Shown here one piece after another: positions 1 through 7,647 of a DNA stretch of 15,436 nucleotides. The notes under the pieces are model-generated. The model had not been told where the DNA came from. It ran no database searches and saw only the letters and a list, made by a program, of their open reading frames with translations. A program made the translations under genes and the position numbers. Origin of the DNA: an uncultured Phycisphaerales bacterium (GTDB taxonomy: Bacteria > Planctomycetota > Phycisphaerae > UBA1845 > Fen-1342); assembly GCA_903914415.1 (NCBI GenBank), contig CAIWOY010000327.1, positions 1 to 15,436 of the forward strand. The letters are read 5' to 3'. How positions within the stretch are numbered: position 1 is the first letter of the stretch; the number at the start of each line of letters is the position of its first letter.

Positions 1-1168
1 ATAGCCGTTCCAGCGCGGCGGGATCGACGTCGACGCCGAACCCCGGGCCCCGGCGCGGTCGCATCCGTCCGCCGAAGCCGAATCGCCACGGCCGGCGCGT
101 CACGTCTTCCCGCAGGAGAAACGTCCCGAATCCGCCCTCGACAAACCGCACGTGGGGGCAGATTTCGAGGAACGCCGCCCCCGCCGCGGTCAGGATGCTC
201 GTTTCGCCGACCATGCAGCCGAGCTGCACATCCAGTCCGGCCGCGAGTGCCAACCGCGCGATCCGCAGGCTCGGCATCAGCCCGCCGTTCTTGGCGATCC
301 GGACGTTGAGCACGTGCACGCCGCCGGCTGCGATCAGACGCTGTGCATCCTCGCTGGTGAGCAGCGACTCATCGGCGATCAGATGGCACGCGGTCTGCTC
401 GGCGAGGTAGGGCAGGTCGGCGTCGTAGGACTCCGGCAGCGGCTGCTCCAGCGCACATACGCCGTGCTCTTCGAGCAGCACAATCGCCTCGTTGGCCTCG
501 ACCAGCGACCAGCCGGCGTTCGCATCGACCCGCAACGTGGCCCTTTGGGCTTCAATCGGCCGCCGGAGCACGCGGTAGGCCCAGGCCAGGCGCTCTTCCC
601 AGCCGGCGATGGCGACCTTGAGCTTGAAGTCGCGCAGGCCGTAGGCGCGCTGCAAGCGCAGGAAGCCCTGGAGCCGGCGCCGCGTGCGGCCCACGACCAC
701 GCCCGAGTAGCGCGCCGTGGCTGCGCACCCCGGGTGGCCGAAGCCGACGAGCCCCATCCAGCCCGCGATGTCGGCGGGGCGTCGCCCAAAGGCCTTGCAC
801 GCCAGGTCAAGCAGGGCCAGTTCGACCGCGGCCCGTGCCGCCGTCACGACGCGGCCGCCGACCTGCTGCGGCAACGCCTCGGCGACCTCGAGCGCTTCGA
901 CGAAGCTGGTCACGCTGTAGTTGGACAGGTGTGGGGCGAAGACGTGCGTCGCGTCGTCCACGACCGACTCGGCCGTCTCGCCCGTGACGTACGCGCGCGC
1001 CAGCGTCTCGCCGTAGCCCGCGAGATGGGCATACGGCGCCGCCGGGACGAGTGCGACGATGACCGGGTCGGCCACGTCACGGGCCGCGGCCGCGTGCTCG
1101 AAGCGTACGCGCATGGGGATCGACAGGCGGTAGATGCGCAGCTCACGGATCCGCAGGGCAGCGTTCAT
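1..1168 (-). CDS. Mandelate racemase / muconate-lactonizing enzyme family protein (enolase superfamily; dipeptide-epimerase/OSBS-like). 5' end is internal (ATG at 1168..1166); the C-terminus runs off the window start.
   Basis: Manual translation of the minus strand from ATG at 1168..1166 gives MNAALRIRELRIYRLSIPMRVRFEHAAAARDV... Enolase-superfamily catalytic landmarks appear in order: K-x-K (FKLKVA, codon top at 628), metal ligand D (VDANAGW, about 529), E (LEQPLP), D (IADES), second K (NVRIAKNGG, about 310). Frame checked at three points (1168-628, 1168-529, 1168-310 all divisible by 3). No stop through position 1. The 368-aa + strand ORF 152..1258 is its compositionally aberrant shadow. Confidence 0.7.
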   Translation of the reverse strand, partial: MNAALRIRELRIYRLSIPMRVRFEHAAAARDVADPVIVALVPAAPYAHLAGYGETLARAYVTGETAESVVDDATHVFAPHLSNYSVTSFVEALEVAEALPQQVGGRVVTAARAAVELALLDLACKAFGRRPADIAGWMGLVGFGHPGCAATARYSGVVVGRTRRRLQGFLRLQRAYGLRDFKLKVAIAGWEERLAWAYRVLRRPIEAQRATLRVDANAGWSLVEANEAIVLLEEHGVCALEQPLPESYDADLPYLAEQTACHLIADESLLTSEDAQRLIAAGGVHVLNVRIAKNGGLMPSLRIARLALAAGLDVQLGCMVGETSILTAAGAAFLEICPHVRFVEGGFGTFLLREDVTRRPWRFGFGGRMRPRRGPGFGVDVDPAALERL

Positions 1169-2046
1169 TGCGGCGGTGGCACCGCGGCGCGTTCGGCCGG
1201 GACGGCCCACATGTCGGTGGACTCGATGGCCGCCCGGCCGGCGTCGCTCTGCAGGTAATCGACCACGGCCTGCACGGCGGGGCTGGGCGGCGCAAGGAAG
1301 TAAACGTAGATCACTTTCGCCAGCCCGTATTGCTCGGACTCGATTGCCTCCAGCGCTGGAAACGCCGGGGCGCCGATGCGTTCCATGCGCAGCCCCAGGT
1401 AGCGCACGTCCTGGTCGTACCCGATGCTCGCGAACCCCAGGGCGTACGGGTCCTCCGCCACCTTGGCGACGATCTCCGCGTCGGAATCCACCACGGTCCA
1501 CGTCGCGTCGGCGAACCAGATCTTCGCGAGTGGGCTCAGGACGCTGCCCGCGCGCGTGCCCTTCGGCGGGCCGTACAGCGCGATCGGCCCCTGCCAGTCC
1601 GGGATCTGGTCACCGGCCAGCTCGTGCCAGTCCTTGATCTTCCCTTGGAAAACGAGCCGGACGTGCTTCGCGAATATCGCGTCGAGCGGGTTCTGCGGGT
1701 TCACGTACAGCGCGTAGCCATAGAAGGCGACGCGGCAGCCGCGCACCTCCCGGTCGCCGAACTTCGCCAGCTCGCGCCGGGTGAGCAGCCGATCCGTGCA
1801 CGCGATGTCGCACGCACCTTTGGCCAGATTCTCGAACCCGTGCTGCGACAGGTACACCGGCGGGACCTGCGTGACGGCGAAGCCGCGCGACGTGGAGTCG
1901 TGCAGCCACGATTCGACCAGCTCGACCGGCATCTGGGCCCCCGCGAGCGCGATGCGTACGCCGGGCGGGGCCGGGGCCGCACAGCCGCCCAGCGCCGTCG
2001 CCAGCCACGCAAGCAGGACGACGCCTTTTACGCCGGCGCCCGGCAC
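1165..2046 (-). CDS. Periplasmic substrate-binding lipoprotein, PBP_like_2 / PstS (phosphate-binding) family.
   Basis: C-terminal 293 codons of minus-strand ORF 1165..3552; the remainder of that ORF is a shadow of asnS. Proposed GTG start at 2046..2044 gives MPGAGVKGVVLLAWLATALGGC|AAP, with K, a hydrophobic core and an LGGC lipobox. Alternative ATG at 1932 would lack a signal peptide. PBP_like_2-type motifs: ACDIACTDRLLTRRELAKFG, AFYGYALYVNPQNPLDAIFAKHVRLVFQGKIKDWHEL, GPPKGTRAGSVL, DPYALGFASIGYD. The stop TGA (1167..1165) overlaps the ATG (1168..1166) of the downstream MR/MLE gene. Confidence 0.7.
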   Translation of the reverse strand: MPGAGVKGVVLLAWLATALGGCAAPAPPGVRIALAGAQMPVELVESWLHDSTSRGFAVTQVPPVYLSQHGFENLAKGACDIACTDRLLTRRELAKFGDREVRGCRVAFYGYALYVNPQNPLDAIFAKHVRLVFQGKIKDWHELAGDQIPDWQGPIALYGPPKGTRAGSVLSPLAKIWFADATWTVVDSDAEIVAKVAEDPYALGFASIGYDQDVRYLGLRMERIGAPAFPALEAIESEQYGLAKVIYVYFLAPPSPAVQAVVDYLQSDAGRAAIESTDMWAVPAERAAVPPPQ

Positions 2047-2094
2047 CCGTAAACTAACCCCCCATTCGACCCCGAGCACAAAGGACCCGGCGCC

Positions 2095-3603
2095 ATGGCG
2101 ACGCCCGCGACGATCTGTGAGCTGGCCCAGCATGTCGGCCAAACGGTAACACTCCGCGGCTGGCTGTACAACAGCCGCTCCAGCGGCAAGCTCATGTTCC
2201 TCGTCGTCCGCGACGGCACCGGCCTGTGTCAGTGCGTCCTCGAAAAAACCGACGCGACCGCGGGCCTCTTCGAAACCGCCCGGCGGCTGGGGCAGGAGTC
2301 CTCGCTGTGCGTCACCGGCACCGTCCGCGCCGACCCGCGCAGCCCCGGCGGCCATGAGCTGGCGGTGAGCGACGTCGCCATCGTCCAGAACGCCGCCGGC
2401 TACCCGATCACGCCCAAGGCCCACGGCGTCGAGTTCCTCATGCAGCGCCGCCACCTGTGGTTCCGCTCGCAACGGCAGTGGGCGATCCTCCGCGTCCGCC
2501 ACACGGTCGTCGAGGGCATCCGCCAGTATTTCAACGAGCACGGCTTCATCCTGATCGACACGCCGATCTTCGCCCCGGCGGCCGGCGAGGGGGCGCAGAC
2601 GCTGTTCGCGGTCGATTACTTCGGCGAGCCGGTGTACCTCGCCCAGACCGGGCAGCTCTACGTCGAGGCCGCGATGATGGCCCACCGCAAGGTCTACTGC
2701 TTCGGCCCCACGTTCCGCGCCGAAAAGAGCAAGACCCGGCGGCACCTCACCGAGTTCTGGATGGTCGAACCGGAGATCGCGTACGCCGACATCGACGATG
2801 TGATCGCTTTGGCCGAGGACTTCGTCGAGTTCGTCGTGCAGAAGTGCCTGCGCGAGCGGCGGGCGGAGCTGGAAACGCTCGGCCGCGACCTGACGAAGCT
2901 CGAGGCCATCCGCAAGCCGTTCTACCGCGTCACGTACTCCGAGGCCGCCGAGATCCTGCACAGCGACCGGGTGCGCCAGATGCTGGTGGCGGACTTGGAG
3001 CAGGCGAAAGCCCGCGTTGCGGAGCTGACGAAGCTCATCGCCGAGAAGGAGGCCGAGCGGACCGCCGCCGGCGTCAAGGAATGGAAGGCCGACAAGCTGG
3101 CGCAGGAGATCATGGACGCCCGCGACGAGCTGGCCGATCAGGAGGAGGCCGTCCACAACATTCCGCACCACGTCGAGCTGGCGGCCCATTTCGAATGGGG
3201 CAGCGACCTCGGCGGCTCCGACGAGACCATCATCGCCCGCCTGCACGACAAGCCCGTCTTCGTCACGCACTACCCCCGCGTCTGCAAGGCCTTCTACATG
3301 AAGCGCAACGCCGACGACCCGCGCGTCGTCAACAACCTCGACCTGCTTGCCCCTGAGGGCTACGGCGAGATCATCGGCGGGAGCCAGCGCGAGGACGATC
3401 TGAACGTGCTGCTGGAGCGCATGAAGGAGGACGGCCTCAAGGAAGCCGACTATGAATGGTACCTCGACCTCCGCCGCTACGGCACCGTCCCCCACGGCGG
3501 CTTCGGCCTCGGCGTCGAACGCACGGTGGCGTGGATTTGCGGCCTCAAGCACATCCGCGAAACGATCCCGTATGCGCGGATGATGGGGAGGATCTACCCG
3601 TAA
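2095..3603 (+). CDS. asnS: Asparaginyl-tRNA synthetase (class II aaRS), 502 aa.
   Basis: N-terminal OB anticodon-binding region (TLRGWLYNSRSSGKLMFLVVRDGTG). Class II motif 2 FRAEKSKTRRHLTEFWMVEPEIAY. Motif 3 region GGSQREDDL...YGTVPHGGFGLGVERTVAWICG. Co-linear with E. coli AsnRS as recalled. RBS AAAGGA at 2080-2085, 9 nt before the ATG. Confidence 0.93.
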   Translation: MATPATICELAQHVGQTVTLRGWLYNSRSSGKLMFLVVRDGTGLCQCVLEKTDATAGLFETARRLGQESSLCVTGTVRADPRSPGGHELAVSDVAIVQNAAGYPITPKAHGVEFLMQRRHLWFRSQRQWAILRVRHTVVEGIRQYFNEHGFILIDTPIFAPAAGEGAQTLFAVDYFGEPVYLAQTGQLYVEAAMMAHRKVYCFGPTFRAEKSKTRRHLTEFWMVEPEIAYADIDDVIALAEDFVEFVVQKCLRERRAELETLGRDLTKLEAIRKPFYRVTYSEAAEILHSDRVRQMLVADLEQAKARVAELTKLIAEKEAERTAAGVKEWKADKLAQEIMDARDELADQEEAVHNIPHHVELAAHFEWGSDLGGSDETIIARLHDKPVFVTHYPRVCKAFYMKRNADDPRVVNNLDLLAPEGYGEIIGGSQREDDLNVLLERMKEDGLKEADYEWYLDLRRYGTVPHGGFGLGVERTVAWICGLKHIRETIPYARMMGRIYP

Positions 3604-3770
3604 CAGCGATGCAGCGTCGGCGCCTCGATGAAGTACGCCTGAACCGCCTCCTACAAGCTGTTGGGCTGCGGCCGACGCGAATGCCGAACCGTTGGGGGGC
3701 GGCCCAGACCGATTCGTCCCCGGCAGCGCATCCGAGCGTCACATTTTCGACGTATTCTGTAAATGCGACT

Positions 3771-3799
3771 TGATTTTTGCACAAGAACTGCAAAAATCA
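3771..3799. promoter_or_regulatory. Perfect inverted repeat TGATTTTTGCA-N7-TGCAAAAATCA (11-bp arms, 7-bp spacer) in the AT-rich leader 81 bp upstream of the ATPase start. Candidate operator or promoter element.
   Basis: Read directly: 3771-3781 tgatttttgca; 3789-3799 tgcaaaaatca is its exact reverse complement. It sits in the only AT-rich stretch of the window (about 3741-3826). A TTGCAC hexamer at 3776-3781 could serve as a -35-like element. No clean -10 was identified. Confidence 0.35.
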
Positions 3800-3879
3800 T
3801 CTTATCTTTCCGATCTAACCTGAAGGGCACCTTCGCCGTATGGCCGAGCTGCTGTCACGGAACCGTATCGGACGTGCCA

Positions 3880-5181
3880 ATGCTCATTCAGTTCAGCGTC
3901 GAAAACTACCGGTGCTTTCGTGACCGCGTCACGCTCAGTATGGTTCCGGCGAGCGCGGACAAGTCGCACTGGGCTGAGCGCGTCGTCAGTTCTGCGCATG
4001 GCACGAAAATGAACGTCCTAAAGGCGGCCGCCATTCTCGGGGCCAACGCCTCCGGCAAGTCGACGCTGATACATGCGATCCGGTTCATGAAGGACTTCGT
4101 CGCCGGCTCCTCTCGTGAGCGACTTAAGGACTCGCCGACGGGGGTCACTCCGTTCCGGCTCGACGCGCAGCACGCGGCGAAACCGAGCAAGTTCGAGGCC
4201 GTCTTCCTGCAGGATAGCATACGCTGGGTTTACGGCTTCGCGGTCGACAGCCAGCGCGTGGTTGAGGAGCACCTCAGCAACTACCCCGTGCGCGGCGAGC
4301 GAGTATTGTTCACGCGCAAACTCGATGGCAAGGGCAAGACCGCAGAGTTCTACTTTGGCCCGTCCTGGGGGGGGCCGGCGAAAGCTCTGAGGGAACTGAC
4401 GCGCGAGAACGCACTGCTACTGTCGGTCGGCGCGCAGATGAAGAGCCCGATCGCCGAACGAGTGTACGACTGGTTCACGAAGGTCCTGCGTGAGGTCTCC
4501 TGGTTTCCGACGGCGGGTGGGGAATTCGCGTTCACGAGCATGGCTGCTCGCAACGACGATGGCCTTCGCACGCGGTTCAGGCGGTTCCTGCAGCAAGCGG
4601 ACCTCGGGATCGCCGATTTCTCCGTACGGCAAGTGCCACTGGCCGAGTCGCGCACGTGGCTCCAGTTGCCCGAGACCGTGCGAAGGAACTTCGCCGAGCG
4701 GACGCCCCCGGACGCGACGGACTTGGATGTGCGAACCACGCATCTGCTCGCTGACGATCCGCGGAAGCAACGCTCAGTCGAATTTCCGCTTGAGGATGAG
4801 TCAGATGGAACGCAGAAGCTCTATGCCCTCGCGGGACCGCTGCTTTTCGTCCTGGATCATGGGTGTACAGTTGCAGTCGATGAATTGGACGCCCGGCTCC
4901 ACCCGCTGTTGACCCAGTGGGTTGTGGGGCTGTTTCAGCGCTCGGAATCAAACCCCAAGGGAGCCCAGATCATCTTCACGGCACACGATGCGAGCCTCCT
5001 CGAGCGCGGGCTGCTCCGTCGCGACCAGGTTTGGTTAACGGAGAAGGATGCGCAGGGGAGCAGCGAGCTGTACTCGCTGTGGGACTTCGAGAAACCACCG
5101 CGCCAACAAGAGAACCTTCGCCGCGGCTACCTCGCCGGGCGGTACGGCGCCGTGCCGATCCCGGGCCGGCATGTTCCGTAG
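3880..5181 (+). CDS. ABC-type AAA ATPase (AAA_21/AAA_15-like; RecF/SMC-like fold), AbiLi / RloA-like component of a two-gene putative anti-phage module.
   Basis: Start chosen at ATG 3880 (MLIQFSVENYRCF..., the canonical N-terminus of this ATPase family) rather than the in-frame upstream ATG 3763, whose extension would run through the palindrome. Walker A GANASGKST. Signature-like EDESDGTQKL. Walker B CTVAVDELDARLHP. H-loop IIFTAHD. Followed 22 nt later by the RloB-like gene, which has its own GGAG RBS. Confidence 0.8.
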   Translation: MLIQFSVENYRCFRDRVTLSMVPASADKSHWAERVVSSAHGTKMNVLKAAAILGANASGKSTLIHAIRFMKDFVAGSSRERLKDSPTGVTPFRLDAQHAAKPSKFEAVFLQDSIRWVYGFAVDSQRVVEEHLSNYPVRGERVLFTRKLDGKGKTAEFYFGPSWGGPAKALRELTRENALLLSVGAQMKSPIAERVYDWFTKVLREVSWFPTAGGEFAFTSMAARNDDGLRTRFRRFLQQADLGIADFSVRQVPLAESRTWLQLPETVRRNFAERTPPDATDLDVRTTHLLADDPRKQRSVEFPLEDESDGTQKLYALAGPLLFVLDHGCTVAVDELDARLHPLLTQWVVGLFQRSESNPKGAQIIFTAHDASLLERGLLRRDQVWLTEKDAQGSSELYSLWDFEKPPRQQENLRRGYLAGRYGAVPIPGRHVP

Positions 5182-5202
5182 GCTACGGACGGAGATCGCA
5201 GC

Positions 5203-5934
5203 ATGGCCGGCAGCCGCAAGTCACTGCGTCGTCCGCCGCCCTCCCGGCGCGTCAAGCCACTCGCCCTGATCGTTTGCGAAGGCGAGAAGACGGAGTTCCA
5301 GTACTTTGAGCGATTCCGACAGGCCAAGCGACTTTCTGCAACGGCATTGGAGGTTGTCCCGGGCGACACAAGTGGCAGCAACCCAAAGAGCATAGTGGAG
5401 TATGCTCGAAAGCGCTCGAAGGAGCAGCGGAGCGAGAAGCTCCCGTTCGACCGCGTTTGGTGCGTCTTCGATCGCGACGAACACGAATGGTGGGACGATG
5501 CACTGACACAAGCCCGGGACAACGGGTTTGAGGTGGCATTCTCCAACCCATGCTTCGAGTTGTGGATTCTGCTGCATTACGTATACCAAAGTGCCCAGAT
5601 CGAAAGAGCCGCTGCCCTGAGTAAGGTCCCGGAGCATCTCCCCGACTATTCAAAGTCGTCGGACATCTACGACACGCTTCTGCCGAGCCAGACAACCGCC
5701 GTGCAAAACGCCCAGAAGCTCCGTGCCTACCATGCGCGAAACTGCAGTCCCGAGACGCACAATCCCTCGACCACGGTCGATAGGTTGGTCGAATATCTGA
5801 ACGGGCTCGAAGCGTCTCGGCCCCTAGCCGCACGGCCGGGCGGAGCCGCTTCGCCGGACGCACGCGGCCGAGGCGGCGGTCGAAGCAGCTCACGCCGACG
5901 AGCATCACGCAAAACTCCCCGGACGAAACGCTGA
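5203..5934 (+). CDS. RloB-like protein (PF13707-type; TOPRIM-like E...DxD), AbiLii-like partner of the upstream ATPase. The C-terminal roughly 40 aa is probably read-through.
   Basis: N-terminal KPLALIVCEGEKTEFQYF is the hallmark RloB start and carries the TOPRIM-like conserved Glu. VWCVFDRDEHEW supplies a DxD motif. GGAG at 5191-5194, 8 nt before the ATG. Local GC is about 50-58%. The tail EASRPLAARPGGAASPDARGRGGGRSSSRRRASRKTPRTKR is Arg/Gly-rich and encoded by about 75% GC DNA, unlike the rest of the protein. Confidence 0.75.
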   Translation: MAGSRKSLRRPPPSRRVKPLALIVCEGEKTEFQYFERFRQAKRLSATALEVVPGDTSGSNPKSIVEYARKRSKEQRSEKLPFDRVWCVFDRDEHEWWDDALTQARDNGFEVAFSNPCFELWILLHYVYQSAQIERAAALSKVPEHLPDYSKSSDIYDTLLPSQTTAVQNAQKLRAYHARNCSPETHNPSTTVDRLVEYLNGLEASRPLAARPGGAASPDARGRGGGRSSSRRRASRKTPRTKR

Positions 5935-6077
5935 TCGGCGAACAAGTGCCTGGGTTGCCCCATCGTCTGGCAAAACGGCCGCGTGGTTTAGATTCCGCCC
6001 GAGGAGATCGTCGTCGACGTGCCCGCCGCTGCGCCGCAGAAGAAGCGCCGACGCGTCAAGTGACCTAGAACCGCCCC

Positions 6078-7505
6078 TTACGACCCCGCCTGGCTGTACG
6101 CCGTCTGGAAAACGCGGAAATCGTCCATGTCCACGTCGCCGTCGCCGTTGGAGTCGAACGCCTTCGCGCCAGGAGCGGTATATGTCCGCGCCGGACCGGC
6201 CAGGACCTGGCGGAAATAGCCGAAATCGCTCCATGACACCTTGCCATCGCAGTTGCAGTCCATCGGCGCACACTCGTCGACCATGATGTCGGCGATCACG
6301 CCCTCGATAACGGTCAATTGGTACGGCAGGCCGACGAGCAACAGGTACCAGCCGTTGTAGCTCCCGCCCCAACCGAAATTGAGGTGGTAGTACCCGTCCG
6401 TGTTGTACCCGTCCATGACCAGGTTGTGCCCGACCGTCCAACTCGCGTTGACGACGGCCAGGTGGGCCGGATACCCGCTCATCATGTTCTTCGACAGGCG
6501 CACCTGTAGATCGGGTGTGTTCGCGTCCAGCAGTTCCGCGGTTGCGCAGCCAAACCGCTGATACGCGTCCATTGCCTGCGACACGCCGAAGGTCCCCGAA
6601 CCCTGCGCATTGTAAACCTGCTGCGCGGCCACGCCGCAGGCGAACACGAGCGCGGCCTTGCGCGTGTCCGACGGCGTCGTGCCGTGAAAGTAGTTGTCGA
6701 ACAACGCATCCAGGTGCGCGTTCAGTTGCGGAAACGAAGGAAAACCCCACGACGCGTAATTATCGTCGATCCAATAGTAGTTGCCGCGGTAGCTGTGGTA
6801 ATAGTCGTCCGCGTCGCTGAAGTGAGTTCCGTTGAGCCGGGCGTGGTAGTTTACGATCTGCGCCATCGCGACCGCCGGACAGCCGGCCAGGCTGCGCGCG
6901 TGGTTGACGTTGTCCATCGGGCACAGGTTGTAATAGGGCGCGTTTTGCGTCCAGTTGGTCAACAGCCACCCGCCCGTCGGCGTCGACCCCGCCGGCGGCC
7001 ACTGCTCAAACAGCCGGCTCGCGAGCGTCCGCGGAACGCCGGCGAAGTACTCGTCCCACGCGACCCGCTGTTCCGCGGCGACCGCAGCGGGGAGCCGATC
7101 CGCCTGGTCGAGACGCAGCCCCAGATCCCACCTGAGCAGGTCAATCAGCGGGTTGCCAGGCTCGGAATCGCAGCCGGCTTCGCTTGTGAACGAGTACGCC
7201 ACCACCGGCGGCAGGCTTGTGGCGCCGGACACGACCACATACCCGCACGGCTGCAAATCGAAGCAGTAGCACAACAGCGCTCCGGTCGCGGGATCGCAAA
7301 TCGTTTGGGCACCGCCCAACGTGAACGTCCCCGCCGTCTCCGAGCGCAGCAGGTGGTGCTGAGCCACGGTCGCGGCTAACCCAACGTCGATGGCACCGTT
7401 TGCCTTGAAGCCGTCGCCCCTGGCCTCGTCGTCGGCCACCGACAGAACGACGGCGACAGTCAGCCACGCGCTCGCGATCATCTGCTGCGCTCTGGTGGTT
7501 AGCAC
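6078..7505 (-). CDS. Secreted C10-family cysteine peptidase (streptopain/SpeB-like) with N-terminal Spi/pro-domain and C-terminal type-I dockerin repeat pair.
   Basis: GTG start at 7505..7503 (internal ATG at 7481..7479). Signal-like N-terminus MLTTRAQQMIASAWLTVAVVLSVA. Pro-domain GYVVVSGATSLPPVVAYSFTSEAG (compare SpeB pro GYVIVS..PILGYS). Catalytic Cys context ARSLAGCPAVAMAQIVNYH (compare SpeB [20 protein letters not shown]). His and Trp context GHNLVMDGYNTDGYYHLNFGWGGSYNGWY (compare SpeB [30 protein letters not shown]). C-terminal DCNCDGKVSWSDF...FDSNGDGDVDMDDFRVF are two dockerin-like Ca-binding loops. Stop TAA at 6080..6078. Confidence 0.85.
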   Translation of the reverse strand: MLTTRAQQMIASAWLTVAVVLSVADDEARGDGFKANGAIDVGLAATVAQHHLLRSETAGTFTLGGAQTICDPATGALLCYCFDLQPCGYVVVSGATSLPPVVAYSFTSEAGCDSEPGNPLIDLLRWDLGLRLDQADRLPAAVAAEQRVAWDEYFAGVPRTLASRLFEQWPPAGSTPTGGWLLTNWTQNAPYYNLCPMDNVNHARSLAGCPAVAMAQIVNYHARLNGTHFSDADDYYHSYRGNYYWIDDNYASWGFPSFPQLNAHLDALFDNYFHGTTPSDTRKAALVFACGVAAQQVYNAQGSGTFGVSQAMDAYQRFGCATAELLDANTPDLQVRLSKNMMSGYPAHLAVVNASWTVGHNLVMDGYNTDGYYHLNFGWGGSYNGWYLLLVGLPYQLTVIEGVIADIMVDECAPMDCNCDGKVSWSDFGYFRQVLAGPARTYTAPGAKAFDSNGDGDVDMDDFRVFQTAYSQAGS

Positions 7506-7647
7506 GCGCTGGTCCTCCAGCGCTCATCGTAACGCTTTGCCTGCGGATTCTGAAACCTCGGCGGCCACATATCGGACTCGGTGCGCTGGTTTCCGTCCCC
7601 CCGGGCGGATACCGTATTCGTGGGTGACGTGCCGAAGGAGATAAATC

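Noticed and set aside
152-1258. 368-aa + strand ORF and the 1168..2052 + ORF
   Set aside because: Arg/Gly/Pro-rich nonsense translations antisense to the MR/MLE and PstS-like genes, which carry clear family motifs on the minus strand.
2047-3552. N-terminal roughly 500 codons of the 795-aa minus-strand ORF 1165..3552
   Set aside because: Antisense to asnS, with low-complexity Ala/Arg/Gly-rich translation and no motifs. Only the C-terminal 293 codons (1165..2046), with signal peptide and PBP motifs, are a real gene. The rest is a high-GC shadow ORF.
3604-3773. Small ORF MQRRRLDEVRLNRLLQAVGLRPTRMPNRWG... between asnS and the cassette (ATG 3609 to TGA 3773)
   Set aside because: No RBS and no recognisable features, and it spans a composition boundary. 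More likely non-coding terminator, junction or leader sequence.
3763-3879. Upstream in-frame ATG (3763) as start of the ATPase
   Set aside because: The 39-codon extension (MRLDFCTRTAKIILSFRSNLKG...) would run through the AT-rich leader and the palindrome. The family's canonical N-terminus begins at MLIQFSVENYRCF (ATG 3880).
5252-6750. Minus ORFs 5252..5908 and 5905..6750
   Set aside because: Shadows antisense to RloB-like, and out of frame within the C10 peptidase gene, with no motifs.
7505-7522. Short palindrome gcgctgg-tcct-ccagcgc at the peptidase start
   Set aside because: Only a 7-bp stem overlapping the start codon. It could be an incidental or translation-modulating hairpin, but is too short to call a feature.
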